A stretch of DNA of 64,000 nt from an uncultured Actinomycetes bacterium (GTDB lineage Bacteria > Actinomycetota > Thermoleophilia > UBA2241). The position numbers were made by a program, and so were the translations under genes. The DNA is taken from the NCBI GenBank assembly GCA_963725665.1, contig CAVRZA010000004.1, forward strand, positions 128,001 through 192,000, given 5' to 3'. This document shows, one piece after another, positions 30,730 through 41,410 of this stretch (positions within the stretch are counted from its first letter, which is position 1; each line of letters begins with the position of its first letter). The notes beneath the pieces were generated by a model. That model was not told where the DNA came from, searched no databases, and was given only the letters and a program-made list of their open reading frames with translations.

Positions 30730-30784
30730 GCGTCCGACCGCGTCCCGCTCATGCGTCCGACCGCGTCCCGCTCACACGCCCGAC
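30718..30784. repeat. 23-bp tandem repeat (two exact, one degenerate) overlapping the dhaL start
   Basis: CGTCCCGCTCATGCGTCCGACCG at 30718-30740 and 30741-30763. Confidence 0.85.
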
Positions 30785-30870
30785 ACTCACACGACCGACC
30801 GCGTTCTGTTCACACGCCCGACGCCAACGCGCCCGACCGTGTGGAGCTCACGCGGCTCTCCGGTCGTTGC

Positions 30871-31872
30871 TCACGCGCCCCACCGCAGGGCCGGCGTCCT
30901 GACGGGCGCGTCCCAGAGCGACGTGAGATCGTCGTCGAGCCGAAGCAGGGTGATCGAGCACCCTGCCATGTCGAGCGAGGTCATGTACGAGCCGACGAGA
31001 TTGCGCGCGATGCGGATGCCCTTGGCCTCGAGCAGCCTGTGCAGCTCGTGGTAGACCACGTAGAGCTCCATGAGCGGAGTGCCGCCCATCCCGTTGACGA
31101 AGGCGAGCACCTGATCGCCCTCTCCAGAAGGCAGGTCCTCGAGCACGGCGGACGCCAGCGTCTCGACGACCTCTCGAGCCGGGGCGAGCGCGCGCCGCTC
31201 GCGCCCCGGCTCCCCGTGGATGCCGACCCCTATCTCCATCTCGTCATCGCCGAGCTGGAAGGTCGGCCTGCCGGCCATCGGTACGGTGCAGGAGGTGAGC
31301 GCCATGCCCATGCTGCGCCCGCTCGCGTTCACCGTGCGGCAGAGCGCGGCCACCTCGTCGAGCGGCCGGCCCTGCTCGGCGGCCGCGCCGCAGATCTTCT
31401 CGGCGAGGACCGTGGTCCCAACGCCCCGCCGCCCCGCGGTGTAGAGGCTGTCCCGCACCGATACGTCGTCGTCGATGACGACCGACTCGACGGTGACGCC
31501 TTCTGCCTGCGCCAAGTCGGCAGCCATCTCGAAGTTCATCACGTCGCCGGTGTAGTTCTTGACGATGTGCAGCACGCCGGCGCCGCCGTCGACTGCCTTG
31601 GTGGCCGCGAGCATCTGGTCGGGCGTGGGGGACGTGAACACCTCGCCGGGGCACGCCGCGTCGAGCATGCCCATGCCGACGAAACCGCCGTGCATGGGCT
31701 CGTGACCGGAGCCGCCACCTGAGACGACGGCGACCTTACCCTCGACGGGCGCGTCGGCACGAACGATGTAGTTCGGTTCGCTGTACACCCGCAGCAGGTC
31801 CGGGTGGGCCACAGCGATCCCCTGCAGCTCCTCCTTCACCACGTCTGCGGGCCGGTTGATGAGCTTCTTCAT
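30871..31872 (-). CDS. dhaK: Dihydroxyacetone kinase substrate-binding subunit
   Basis: [45 protein letters not shown]. Confidence 0.96.
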   Translation of the reverse strand: MKKLINRPADVVKEELQGIAVAHPDLLRVYSEPNYIVRADAPVEGKVAVVSGGGSGHEPMHGGFVGMGMLDAACPGEVFTSPTPDQMLAATKAVDGGAGVLHIVKNYTGDVMNFEMAADLAQAEGVTVESVVIDDDVSVRDSLYTAGRRGVGTTVLAEKICGAAAEQGRPLDEVAALCRTVNASGRSMGMALTSCTVPMAGRPTFQLGDDEMEIGVGIHGEPGRERRALAPAREVVETLASAVLEDLPSGEGDQVLAFVNGMGGTPLMELYVVYHELHRLLEAKGIRIARNLVGSYMTSLDMAGCSITLLRLDDDLTSLWDAPVRTPALRWGA

Positions 31873-32072
31873 CCGGGCCTCCCCGACTGACTCGCGCACG
31901 GTCGCCGCAGTCGGGCCACTTGCGAACGCCGATGTCCCGCGTTCGAGCGCCCCTGCCTCGGTCGCCGTCGCCCCGATGCTATGCCTGGACCACGATGGCG
32001 ACAACGATGGTCGTCGTCGAGGCGGACCCATCGTGTCGCCTGACGTCGTCGGGGTGGTGTCAGGCGCGCCGC

Positions 32073-32386
32073 CTACGCCGCCGCGTCGGCGGTCTCGGGC
32101 TCGTGCACGCAAGACGGGCCCAGCGATCGCAGCGAGAAGTTCAGGAAGATGTGGTGGCCGTCGAAGTCGAGCACCCGCATGTCGTCAGTCGTCCCGAGGT
32201 CCCTCGTGATATCCCTGTAGCGTGACCGTACAGTTCGCGGCAGCGGTCGATCGGGATCTCGTAGGCGATGAACTTCTCGAGGCCCTTGGCATGGAGTCTC
32301 TCGATGAGCTCGGGGTCATCGATGGTCGGATATGAGCCAAGGAGCAGCAGCGGTCCGCTGCCGCCGAAGACGAGGATCCCTTTCAT
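32073..32386 (-). pseudogene. Small hypothetical cytosolic protein with a one-base frameshift near 32222
   Basis: MKGILVFGGSGPLLLL...KFIAYEIP...YGH continues in another frame as [30 protein letters not shown]. Confidence 0.6.
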
Positions 32387-32712
32387 GTGCCGCCCCCTGC
32401 CGCGCGCGGCGAGTACACGCAGGATCGTTCCCGGCTTCATCGCCACGGAATCCTTGGTCCGCGGCGGCGTCGTCGCACAGCCGACACGCGCGAGCATGCG
32501 GGCCGCTAAGCTGTACTCTCTGACAGCCTCGTCGTGAGGGCCTCTGCGATGCGAGTCCGTCGTCGATGTGCTTCGTGGGCCCGTCCCCGGCCTCTGGCGC
32601 TTGCCCGCCGACTGCGAGAGGATGCGACGTGACGGAAGCCGTGCATCCGCCTCCGCCCGAGGGTGCCGGCGAAGGACGGGTAGCACCGGGCCGAGCGGCA
32701 AGGAGACCCACC

Positions 32713-33524
32713 GTGGAGCCAAGCTACGACGAGATCACGCAGCGCAACATCGGCGTGTTCACGCCCGAGGAACAGGCGCGGATGCAGCACGCTGGTCGTA
32801 GCCGTCGGAGGGTGCGGTGCCATCGGCGCTCCGGCGGCCCATTATCCTGGCTCGCCTCGGTGTGGGCGAGATGCGGCTCGCCGACCCCGAAGAGTTCGAG
32901 GCATCCAATCTGAACCGTCAGTACGGCAGCCTACGTCGACACTATCGGCGTCAACAAGGCAGAGGCAGTGGCGTCCGAACTGAGGAGGATCAACCCTGAG
33001 ACTCATGCTCGCAAACGTTCGCCGACGGCGTTTGCGAGGGCTCCATCGGCGCACTCCTCGACGGCGCCGATGCAGTCGTCGACGCTGTCGATTTCTGCGC
33101 CCTTGACGCCGAGCTCCTCCTGCATCGGGAGGCTCGACGACGCGGGCTGTGGGTGTTCGCCAGCCAGGGAGCCGTCGAGATCACAACGGTGACGTGCTTC
33201 GATCCGGCGCAGCCCGCCCTTGAGGACATGGTATGCGTGAATGGCCGCCCCTCGGTCGCCAAAGCGATCGAGTCGTTCATGCCTGTGCTGCCCAAGGCGG
33301 CGACGCCCGAGGCGCTTGCGCGAGCCGTCGTTGGAGAGCTGCCGAGTGTACCTTCAGACGCATTGTCGGCTCTCGATGCTGCGTTCGTCGTGGATGAACT
33401 CGTCCGCGTGCTCGTTCGCCGGCTGGCTCCGCACGTCGTCGCTCCCGACCTCTACGTGTTCGACCAGGACGAGCTCTGGCTGCGCTTCTGGGACGCACGC
33501 AGAAACGCGTGGCGCGCGGGATAA
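32713..33524 (+). pseudogene. ThiF/MoeB family adenylyltransferase with multiple frameshifts
   Basis: Fragments in successive frames: RNIGVFTPEEQARM / VAVGGCGAIG / LARLGVGEMRLADPEEFEASNLNRQ / IGVNKAE...RINP / LDGADAVVDAVD; AAGGAG RBS. Confidence 0.75.
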
Positions 33525-33665
33525 CCAGGTCCACTCTCAACTGGGGTGCGCTGCCGTATCCAGCGCCCTACCCCGGCAGCGCTCCGACGTAGACGACCGT
33601 TCTATCGCCTCCCTCGCCCCATCCTTCGATGACTCCAACGAGGGTTCTCGACAGGGGGTGTCTCC

Positions 33666-34448
33666 TTGCGCATCGAGCGGGTCACGGACGAGAGAGAACT
33701 GGTTCGGCTCTACGCCTTCCGCTACCGCGTCTTCGTCGAAGAGCTGGGGTGGATGGCGCGCAAGGACCGCGGCGCTCACATCCTCGTCGACGAGTTCGAC
33801 GGTGAGGCGGCCGAATACGCCGCCTACGACAACACGGGAGAGGTCGTGGGGAGTGTACGCGCCGTCCCCGACGGCCCGCTCGGCCTGCCCCTTGAGCGGT
33901 GTCGCGTGCTCGACGGCTACCGCAAGGACAAGAGACTCGTGGAACTCTCGCGTCTGGCCGTAGCCCCTGCCTGGCGTTGCACCCTTCTTGCGGCCTTGCT
34001 CATGAAAGCCGGCTACCAGTGGGCGGAGCGGACGGGGGCGACGCATCTCGTTCTCGACACCTACGTCGGCAAAGGCGTCTCACCTGACCGTCTCTACATC
34101 AAGCTCGGTTTCGAGCAGCTGACTCGCCCGTACCAAGACCCCGACTACCTCTGGAAGCAGGGCGTGGTGACGTTCTCGCTCGACATCGATGGGGCGAAGC
34201 GTGACTGGCCGAGCCTGCGGCCCAGCCTGCATCATTTCTTCACTGCCGAAGACGAGCGCATCGACCACGCGCTACCCCGCCGTCCGGAGTTGTTCGCGGT
34301 GCCGCGGCCGCAGCCAGAGCCGGAGCGGCGACGCGGAGGGATCGGCGCGCGGCTGCGGCCGCGGCCGGCGGCTGCCGAAGCGGCTCGGGCCCGCGCCTCA
34401 GCGACGGGCCAGAAGCCGGCCGAGACTCGCGGCGTCGACGGGGCGTGA
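33666..34448 (+). CDS. N-acyl amino acid synthase (FeeM/NasY-like) or AHL-synthase-like GNAT acyltransferase
   Basis: FRYRVFVEELGW, DEFD, VGSVR, GLPLE, VELSRLAV, RLYIKLGF. Confidence 0.75.
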   Translation: MRIERVTDERELVRLYAFRYRVFVEELGWMARKDRGAHILVDEFDGEAAEYAAYDNTGEVVGSVRAVPDGPLGLPLERCRVLDGYRKDKRLVELSRLAVAPAWRCTLLAALLMKAGYQWAERTGATHLVLDTYVGKGVSPDRLYIKLGFEQLTRPYQDPDYLWKQGVVTFSLDIDGAKRDWPSLRPSLHHFFTAEDERIDHALPRRPELFAVPRPQPEPERRRGGIGARLRPRPAAAEAARARASATGQKPAETRGVDGA

Positions 34449-37112
34449 CGAGTAGAATCCCTGGCCCAGCTTGCAGCCTAACCGCCGCAGCTCGCGCATC
34501 TGCTGTTCCTGCTCGATGCCTTCGGCTACGACCTCGAGCTGGAGCGTCTCGCCCAGGGTGATGATGGCGCGCGCGAGCGCGGAGTGGTCCTCGCCGTCGG
34601 CCACGTGGTCGACGAACGGCTTGGCGATCTTCACACCGTCGACCGGGAACTGGCGCAGATAGCTTAGCGACGAGTAGCCGGTGCCGAAGTCGTCGATCGA
34701 CAGTCGTATGCCGAGCGCCTTGAGCTCCCTGAGCCTCGCCAGGGTGGTGTAGCTGTCCTCGACCAGCGCGGTCTCGGTGATCTCGAGCGTGAGATTGGCC
34801 GGGTCGATCCCGGAGGTCTCCAGCGCGGCGCTGACCTTCTCGACAAGGAGGGGGTCCTTGATCTGCCGCGGGGAGAGGTTGACCGACATGCGTAGCGGCG
34901 TGTCTTTGAAGCGGTCTCCCCACTGGCGGAGCTGACGACACGCCTGGTCGAGAACGAAGTCGCCGATGGGGATGATGAGCCCAGTCTCCTCGGCGACCTG
35001 GATGAACCAGCCCGGGAGCTTGAGGCCCTCGCGAGGATGTTCCCAGCGCACCAGTGCTTCGGTGCCCACGATGCACTGCGTCCTGATCTCGATGATCGGC
35101 TGGTAGAAGACGACGAACTCGTTGCGCTCGACCGCTCGGCGGAGTTCATTCGCCAGCTCGAGCCTTTCGTACACCGCCGCCTGCATGGCCGGCTCGAAGA
35201 CCTCGAGGCGATCCTTGCCGTGTGCTTTCGCCGAGTACATCGCGACGTCGGCGTCGCGCAGAAGCTCCTCCGCGGACGTGTGGGAGCCGTCAGACACGGC
35301 CACCCCAACGCTTACCGATATCGAGAGGTGCGTCGTATCGAGCGAGAAAGCTTCGTCGAACAGGTCGAGCACTCGCTGGGCGACCCGGCACGCCTCGTCG
35401 AGGTCGGTCGCCCCCTCGAGCAGAATGGCGAACTCATCCCCCCCGAGCCTTGCCGCGGTGTCGCTGGCTCTGAGCATGCCGCGCACCCGCTGGGCCACTT
35501 GCACCAGCAGGTTGTCGCCCAGCACGTGGCCGTAGCTGTCGTTGACGAGCTTGAAGTCGTCGATGTCCATGAACAGCACGGCGACATCGACCCCCGTTCT
35601 GGCGGCGTTAGCGAGCGCGTGCTCGACTCGGTCCTTGAAGAGCACGCGGTTCGCGAGTCCGGTCAGGGCATCGTGGAAGGCTTGGTGCTGGAGCTCGTTC
35701 TGAAAGCGGATACGTTCGCCGATGTCCCGCGAGGTGAACACGAGGCCGTGCACGTGAGGATCCTCGAGCAAGTTGGCTATGACCGTCTCCGTGAAATGCC
35801 ACGTTCCTTCATGGTCGCTCATACGCCACTCACCGCGCACGCTGCGCACCGGTTGGCTGGCGCAGTGCGCCACCAACGACAACATGGAGTTGCGGTCGTC
35901 GGGGTGCACCAGGTCGCTGAGCCGGTGTTCCGCGAGGTCCTCGGCGACGTAGCCGAGGACGCTCAGCGCGGACGGAGTGGCGTAGAGGATCGACGTCTCC
36001 TCGTCGGTCACGAGGATGGTGTCGGACGAGTTGGTGACGAGCGAGCGAAAACGCTCCTCCGTCTCGTGCGAGCCCTTGAGCTCGTGCAGGGTACCGCTCT
36101 CGCGTAGGGCCACGACCTGCCTCGCCAAGAGCAGCGGTGTCACGGCCACGGCGGCCAGGATCATCAAGCCGAGCGAAGTGTCGAGAATACCCACGGCGGC
36201 CAGCAGGAGGACCCCGAACCCGGCGGTGGCTGCCACGTAGGCTACGAGATAGGCGAACAGGTTCGGGATGACGATCTCGTGCTGGGGGCCTTCATCGGAT
36301 TTGTTCCGCAATCGCTCGTAGCCTGCCCAGGCAACGAGGATCCAGGACAGCGCGCCCATGCAACTCTGGAGGGTCGCGTTGCCGGTACCGCCATCGATGG
36401 TCTGGTAGCCGTAGATGAGGTCGCTGGCGAGCAGGAGCAGAAGCGCGGCTCCAAGCGCAACCATGCTCGCGTCGCGTGGTAGGGACCGCCGGCGCACGAT
36501 GAGCGATACGAGGCCGAAGACGAGGAGCACGTCGCCCAACGGGAAGGCGGCGGAGACGATCAGCGAAGGCAGGCTTCCTTGAGCCGACGCGAACGTCGGC
36601 ACGATCAGGGTGTAGGCGACGACCATGCCCGCGCCGAAGAGCACCGCCACGGCGTCGAGGGCGAAGCCGACAGCCTCGGCGCGCGTCGTAACGGCTTTGG
36701 GAAACTGCAGCAGCCCCGCCACCGAAAGCGGATAGAAGGCAAGAAAACAGACATCGGCCCACGAGGGCGACGGCACGTAGCCCAGCAGCGCCCCATAGGC
36801 GAAGGTGATCAGGCTGCCGAGCAGCACCGCGAACAGGCCAACGCTGACAAGGAGCCACGGCCTGCGCCACCTCCCGGGCTGCGCCAGCGCCGACAGGAAG
36901 AACAGCACGGTCGACAGGACGACCAGCGCCTCGAAGCTGAGGCTGCTCAGTGCACTGCCGTCGGCGAGCCCCCACCACGCGGAGACACTGGTGAGGATGC
37001 ACAGGCCGCCGACCACGTTGGCGGCTATCAGAAGAAGACGATGCGCATTCGAACGGAGCGTTGCGTGCCGCGATGCCGCTGGACGAGCAAGGGCGGTGTG
37101 CGCCACCGACAT
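34398..37112 (-). CDS. Membrane-anchored PAS-GGDEF-EAL protein
   Basis: Multi-TM N-terminus, PAS (LVHPDD), RLGGDEF, TEALVRW, EITE, IDDFGTGYSSL, VAEGIE. Confidence 0.93.
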   Translation of the reverse strand: MSVAHTALARPAASRHATLRSNAHRLLLIAANVVGGLCILTSVSAWWGLADGSALSSLSFEALVVLSTVLFFLSALAQPGRWRRPWLLVSVGLFAVLLGSLITFAYGALLGYVPSPSWADVCFLAFYPLSVAGLLQFPKAVTTRAEAVGFALDAVAVLFGAGMVVAYTLIVPTFASAQGSLPSLIVSAAFPLGDVLLVFGLVSLIVRRRSLPRDASMVALGAALLLLLASDLIYGYQTIDGGTGNATLQSCMGALSWILVAWAGYERLRNKSDEGPQHEIVIPNLFAYLVAYVAATAGFGVLLLAAVGILDTSLGLMILAAVAVTPLLLARQVVALRESGTLHELKGSHETEERFRSLVTNSSDTILVTDEETSILYATPSALSVLGYVAEDLAEHRLSDLVHPDDRNSMLSLVAHCASQPVRSVRGEWRMSDHEGTWHFTETVIANLLEDPHVHGLVFTSRDIGERIRFQNELQHQAFHDALTGLANRVLFKDRVEHALANAARTGVDVAVLFMDIDDFKLVNDSYGHVLGDNLLVQVAQRVRGMLRASDTAARLGGDEFAILLEGATDLDEACRVAQRVLDLFDEAFSLDTTHLSISVSVGVAVSDGSHTSAEELLRDADVAMYSAKAHGKDRLEVFEPAMQAAVYERLELANELRRAVERNEFVVFYQPIIEIRTQCIVGTEALVRWEHPREGLKLPGWFIQVAEETGLIIPIGDFVLDQACRQLRQWGDRFKDTPLRMSVNLSPRQIKDPLLVEKVSAALETSGIDPANLTLEITETALVEDSYTTLARLRELKALGIRLSIDDFGTGYSSLSYLRQFPVDGVKIAKPFVDHVADGEDHSALARAIITLGETLQLEVVAEGIEQEQQMRELRRLGCKLGQGFYSSRPVDAASLGRLLARR

Positions 37113-37181
37113 GGACTCTCCCGCTTGACTCCGAGCTGGTGCGCGGCCGACACGCGCCCCAAGCATTTGCCGTAAGAGAGA

Positions 37182-37209
37182 GAGTCGGCACGCGGTAGCC
37201 TCCGCTTGA
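37182..37209 (-). promoter_or_regulatory. Sigma-28 (WhiG/FliA)-type promoter TCAAG-N15-GCCGACTC
   Basis: Minus-strand match 70 nt upstream of the GGDEF-EAL start. Confidence 0.5.
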
Positions 37210-37327
37210 GGTGACTGCGTCGGCTGGGGAACCGGGGTGGGGGCGGGCATCGGGGCGCTGAGTACGGCGTCGGCCGTCTCGGCCGGACCGCGCCGCCACT
37301 GGGCTTGAGATGATGAGGCCGGGCCGT

Positions 37328-38437
37328 TCACTCGCGGTAGATCTTGACTCTGTTCTTGCCGGCGCCCTTCGCTTCGCAGAGCGCCTCCTCTGCGGCTGCC
37401 GCGAGCTCGTCGGCGTCGTCGCACTGGGCGGGAAGACCAGCTACGCCGGCGCTCAGCGTGAAGCGCCCCAGGTACTCGTCTTCGCCGGTCCTGAAGTCGG
37501 TGACCTCTAGCAAGTTGCGCATGCGCTCGGCGACCAGGGCGGCGCCTTCTTTGGTGCAAGGTGTGTTGGGGAGAAGGAGGGCGAACCTGGCCCCAGCGCA
37601 GCGGTAGGCGAGGTCGACCTTGTGCCGCATGCTTCCCTTGAGCAAGCGGCTCACCGCCCGGAGCAGGTACGTTCCCTTCGCTTGGCCTCGCTCCTCGACG
37701 AACTCTTCGAAGTCGTCGACTTCGAAGAGAATGGCCGACAGGGGCTGGCCGTAGCGGCGCGCACGTGCCGTCTCGGAGAGCAGTCGCTCGTGGAAGTGCC
37801 AGCCGCTGTAGAAGCCGGTGACGCTGTCCGTCATCGCTTCACTCCCGACGTTGCGCCTCAGGCAAGCGATCTCGAGGGCGGTGGCGGCGCTGTTGGCGAG
37901 TGCCTGCAGGTAGGCGGCTTCTTGCTCACCGGGCGGGTCCGATCGGTGGGCCTGCACGTTCACATAGCCCCACGGCTCGTTGCGCGACAGGAGCGGGATC
38001 ACGAGACGGATCTGTCCGCCGCGGCTGGCCCACGCCAGCCGGCGCCGCTGGAGCGCTTTCCCCACGAAGGGGTCGGTGGGTGCCGACTCGGGCTGCGTGC
38101 CGGCGGCGTTCTTCCGGGCGTGCGTATCCGTCGTGCGTCTCGCGGGCTTTGCCCGTCCCAGGCACACATCGACTTGGTGGTCGGTCTCCGCGAGCACGCG
38201 AGTGACCTCTGTCACGAGGATCTCGGAGATGTCGTGCATGTTCTTGGCTACGCTCATCGCGCTGATCGCTCGCAAGAGCGAGTCGAAGGTCGCCGTCTGT
38301 GGCGCTCCCGGACTTTCCGGTGAAGCGGTCCTCGCAGGCGCCCGGCGTGAGGCCGGCTTGCGCTCCGCCGCGTTGCCGTTGTCGCCTCCCCGACCAGGCA
38401 GGCCGACGGGTCCTTTGCGCCTTCTCTCGCTCGACAT
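37328..38437 (-). CDS. GAF + degenerate GGDEF domain protein
   Basis: AMTDSVTG, FEVDDF, active-site motif replaced by CAGARF, TLSAGVA, AKGAGKNRV. Confidence 0.85.
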   Translation of the reverse strand: MSSERRRKGPVGLPGRGGDNGNAAERKPASRRAPARTASPESPGAPQTATFDSLLRAISAMSVAKNMHDISEILVTEVTRVLAETDHQVDVCLGRAKPARRTTDTHARKNAAGTQPESAPTDPFVGKALQRRRLAWASRGGQIRLVIPLLSRNEPWGYVNVQAHRSDPPGEQEAAYLQALANSAATALEIACLRRNVGSEAMTDSVTGFYSGWHFHERLLSETARARRYGQPLSAILFEVDDFEEFVEERGQAKGTYLLRAVSRLLKGSMRHKVDLAYRCAGARFALLLPNTPCTKEGAALVAERMRNLLEVTDFRTGEDEYLGRFTLSAGVAGLPAQCDDADELAAAAEEALCEAKGAGKNRVKIYRE

Positions 38438-38506
38438 CGTGACCTCACGCCGGCTGACTGCCGCCACACGAGCCTCCAGCTGCTTGCCGGGTCCCTCCAT
38501 CGCTTG

Positions 38507-39607
38507 TCAGGTACTCGCCGCCGCCGTCGCCGCACTGAGTGCGCGAGGCCGTGCGTGCTTGACCTCGTACATGCGTGCATCCGCGCGAGCCAGGAGCGCG
38601 TCTATGCGGCCGAGCTCTTCCCACGTCGCAACGATGGTGCCGAAGCTCAGCGAGAGGTCATAGTCGTCCCCGAGCTCCGCGCGCTTGTCGGCCACGTTGT
38701 GCTCGAGGCGCGCAAGCATCGTCTGCTGATCGAGTCGCTCGTGGTCCCGGCCCAGGATGGCCAGGGCGACGAACTCGTCGCCGCCGATGCGCGCCAGGAT
38801 GTCGTCCTGTCGGAACGTGAGTCTCAGCGTGTCGGCGGCGGCGATGACGAGGACGTCACCCGCCGCATGGCCGAGACGATCGTTGACGTGCTTGAGGCCG
38901 TCGACGTCGAAGTACATCAGCAGGACTTGGGCGCTGAGGCGTCTCGCCCGCGGTCTGGCCTGATCGACCATGGCGAAGAAGCCCCTGCGATTGAGGAGCC
39001 CGGTCAGGTCGTCGCGGTGAGAGATGCCCAGCAGGCGCTCCTCTTCCTCTTTGCGCGTCGCGATGTCGCGGGCGATGGCGAGGTAGAGCGTCTGGCTGTG
39101 GATCTCGATCTGGCGAGCGCTCATCTCCACGGGCAGGCGCTCGTTGTCCCTCGTCAGGAGCGTGGTCTCGAAGACCAGGTGGTGTGCGTCGTGGAGGGTC
39201 TGCCAGTGCTGGTGGGTCGCGCGGCGCGCCTCTGGAGCGATGACCTCCTCGGCCGAGATCGCGAGGAGCTCCGGCCGAGAGTAGCCGAGGGTCATGCAGG
39301 CGGCTTCGTTCACCTCGGTGAAGACCGGAGCGGCTTCGTCGTCAGTCTGGCCTTGCACGAACAGGGCGTCGCTGCAGGCGTCGAAGAGCACCCTGTAGCG
39401 CCGCTCGCTCTCGAGTTGCTCTCGGTGAGCCGTCTCGAGCGAGTCGATCGTAGAGAGGAGAGCGCTGCGTTGTGAGAAGACCACGGCCACCGTGAGCGCG
39501 AGAAAGAGCAGGCTGAGGACGTACTGTGCCGTCTCGGGCAGGATCCACTGACCGGCGGCGACCGCGGCTGCGGCGAATACGAGCGCCATGGCCGTTCGGC
39601 GGTTCAT
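38507..39607 (-). CDS. Membrane PAS-GGDEF diguanylate cyclase
   Basis: Two TM, PAS, DDLTGLLNRRGF, I-site RQDD, RIGGDEF. Confidence 0.92.
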   Translation of the reverse strand: MNRRTAMALVFAAAAVAAGQWILPETAQYVLSLLFLALTVAVVFSQRSALLSTIDSLETAHREQLESERRYRVLFDACSDALFVQGQTDDEAAPVFTEVNEAACMTLGYSRPELLAISAEEVIAPEARRATHQHWQTLHDAHHLVFETTLLTRDNERLPVEMSARQIEIHSQTLYLAIARDIATRKEEEERLLGISHRDDLTGLLNRRGFFAMVDQARPRARRLSAQVLLMYFDVDGLKHVNDRLGHAAGDVLVIAAADTLRLTFRQDDILARIGGDEFVALAILGRDHERLDQQTMLARLEHNVADKRAELGDDYDLSLSFGTIVATWEELGRIDALLARADARMYEVKHARPRALSAATAAAST

Positions 39608-39759
39608 GCTTCGCCCTGCCTTGGGCGAGGGATCGCGCGGTCGATCAAGCTCGCACCCCGTTCCTGCCGGTCTTGGAGACAACCCACGTTAGGGGCATCG
39701 GTCGGCAGAGGGGCGGCGACAAGCCCTCCTAGACGGATATACTCCCCGCCTCCGGCAGC

Positions 39760-39825
39760 CTCGGGGGACCGTCGGGGAGTCGTCTGGCAGCTGTCTGGTA
39801 GGTGTCTGGGGGTCGTCTGGGGCTG
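39760..39825. repeat. Array of 11-bp phased direct repeats with core GTCTGG
   Basis: Units at 39771, 39782, 39793, 39804 and 39815, plus a degenerate one at 39760. Confidence 0.75.
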
Positions 39826-39829
39826 CGCA

Positions 39830-39990
39830 TGCGGACGATGCGGACCTCTTGCCACGTGCCGCTCTTGCCGCTCGCCGTCATGCCGGCGAAATCGCCCTTC
39901 ATCGTGCCGGAGGCCGAGAAGCACTGCACCGGCAGTCTCCTTCAGCGTCCTGCCCCAGCAAGGTGTACTTGAGGCCGCGTCTTGACGTCG
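39830..39990 (-). pseudogene. Fragment of a SnoaL-like ester cyclase gene
   Basis: LKYTLLGQDAEGD, frameshift, VQCFSASGTMKGDFAGMTASGKSGTWQEVRIVR. Confidence 0.5.
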
Positions 39991-40011
39991 GCGGAATGTC
40001 GCCGCGTCATG

Positions 40012-41246
40012 TCAAGGCAGCCACGCCGGCAGGCTCCCGGCGCCGAGCTGGGCGGCCGAAGTCGCAACCGCCGGATCGACCGTCCACAGGGTAGCTACGT
40101 CGTTCCCGGCCGTGAGGCTGCGCAGAGCGAAGCTGATCTGCGTCCCGTCGGGCGACCACGAGAGCCTGGTGACTGCCACCTTCGAGAACGGCCCGACCCA
40201 GCTGAGCTTGCGCGCCGAGATGTCGTAGACGTAGAGGCGCGTGGTCGTCATCGAACCCGCGGGCGGCATGCCCCAGAAAGCGACCTTTGCTACCCAGCGG
40301 TCGCCACCCCGTCGCGTCGCGTCCGGCGAGCGTCGTGGCCTTCGTGAAGAGGGCGTTGCCGGTCGTCACCCAGCGCACCATGTAGCTCACGGAGACGTCT
40401 GAGCCGGTGGTCGACGTGATGACGAAGCGGCCGCGGGGAGAGACGCGCGGGTCGCGGAAGCGCCGGATGTCGTACGAGCCGGAGTAGCGAGCGCGAGCGA
40501 TCACCCTCGGTGTGGTCCCCGAGGCGAGCTTGAGCGAGACCAGCTTCTCGCTGATCAGGCGCGAGCCGGGCTCGCTCGGGGCGGGCCCGGCGTCCGCCAG
40601 GCGGACGTAGACGAGCCTGGCCGCGGCCGGGGCCGCCGACGGCTCCGTGCCGCGCAGGTCGCGGAACGAGGCCGAGACGCCCGAGACGACGTTGAGGGAG
40701 TAGAGCCTGTCGCTCATGGGGTAGGCCACGCGCGTGGCTCTCGGCGACCCTGCGACGAGGAGCCTGGTGGAGGAGAGCCAGGTGAAGGAGTCGACCGACC
40801 TGACGCCGCGCGCGGCGAGCGACAGCGCTTTCACCGTCGCGTTGGCGACGTCGCAGACGTAGACCTTGGGACCTATGGCGGTGGGCAGCAGCGCCAGGCG
40901 GGCGCCGTCGGGCGACGCCTCGATGCGCGACGGCCTGAAGGCGAGGTCGACGAGCTTGGTCGCTGCGCCGTCGGTGGGCGCGACGCGCCACAGCGCGTCG
41001 CGCCCACCCTCCCTGCGCACGACGATGATCGATGATGGCTGCGCGTCGGCAGCGACGATCGAAGCGCTCGCCACCGAGCCCCGGGGCGATCGAGCGCGAG
41101 ACGCCCGCGTCGGCGCGGAGCGGGGTCGCGCCGGCGACGAGGAGCGCGCCGAGGAGGGCCAGGAGCCCCGCCAAGGCAGACAGAGCGACGACGGTCTTGC
41201 CCGCGCGCCGCCCGCCTCTTCCCAGTCCCGCAGTGACATCTACCAT
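40012..41246 (-). pseudogene. Secreted TolB-like beta-propeller protein with at least two frameshifts
   Basis: Signal peptide, ASPDGARLA, PRVSPRGRFV and LSWSPDGTQISF lie in three different frames. Confidence 0.6.
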
Positions 41247-41410
41247 GACTGCCTCTCTCCCTCGGCGGCCGGGCACGCGACAGGCGCCAGTCAGCGCCAT
41301 AAGAGCGCCGCTGCTCGCCCGCGAGACGCGGCTCGCGTTCTCTCGGCGTCGCACCGGCTCACGCCTTCCCGGCGTTGTGCTGGCGACGCGATCGTGGGGC
41401 GGCTTCGCTC

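Noticed and set aside
37113-37327. Possible c-di-GMP riboswitch before the GGDEF-EAL gene (contains GGCAAA)
   Set aside because: The P2/P3 GEMM pattern is absent; a sigma-28 promoter explains the region better
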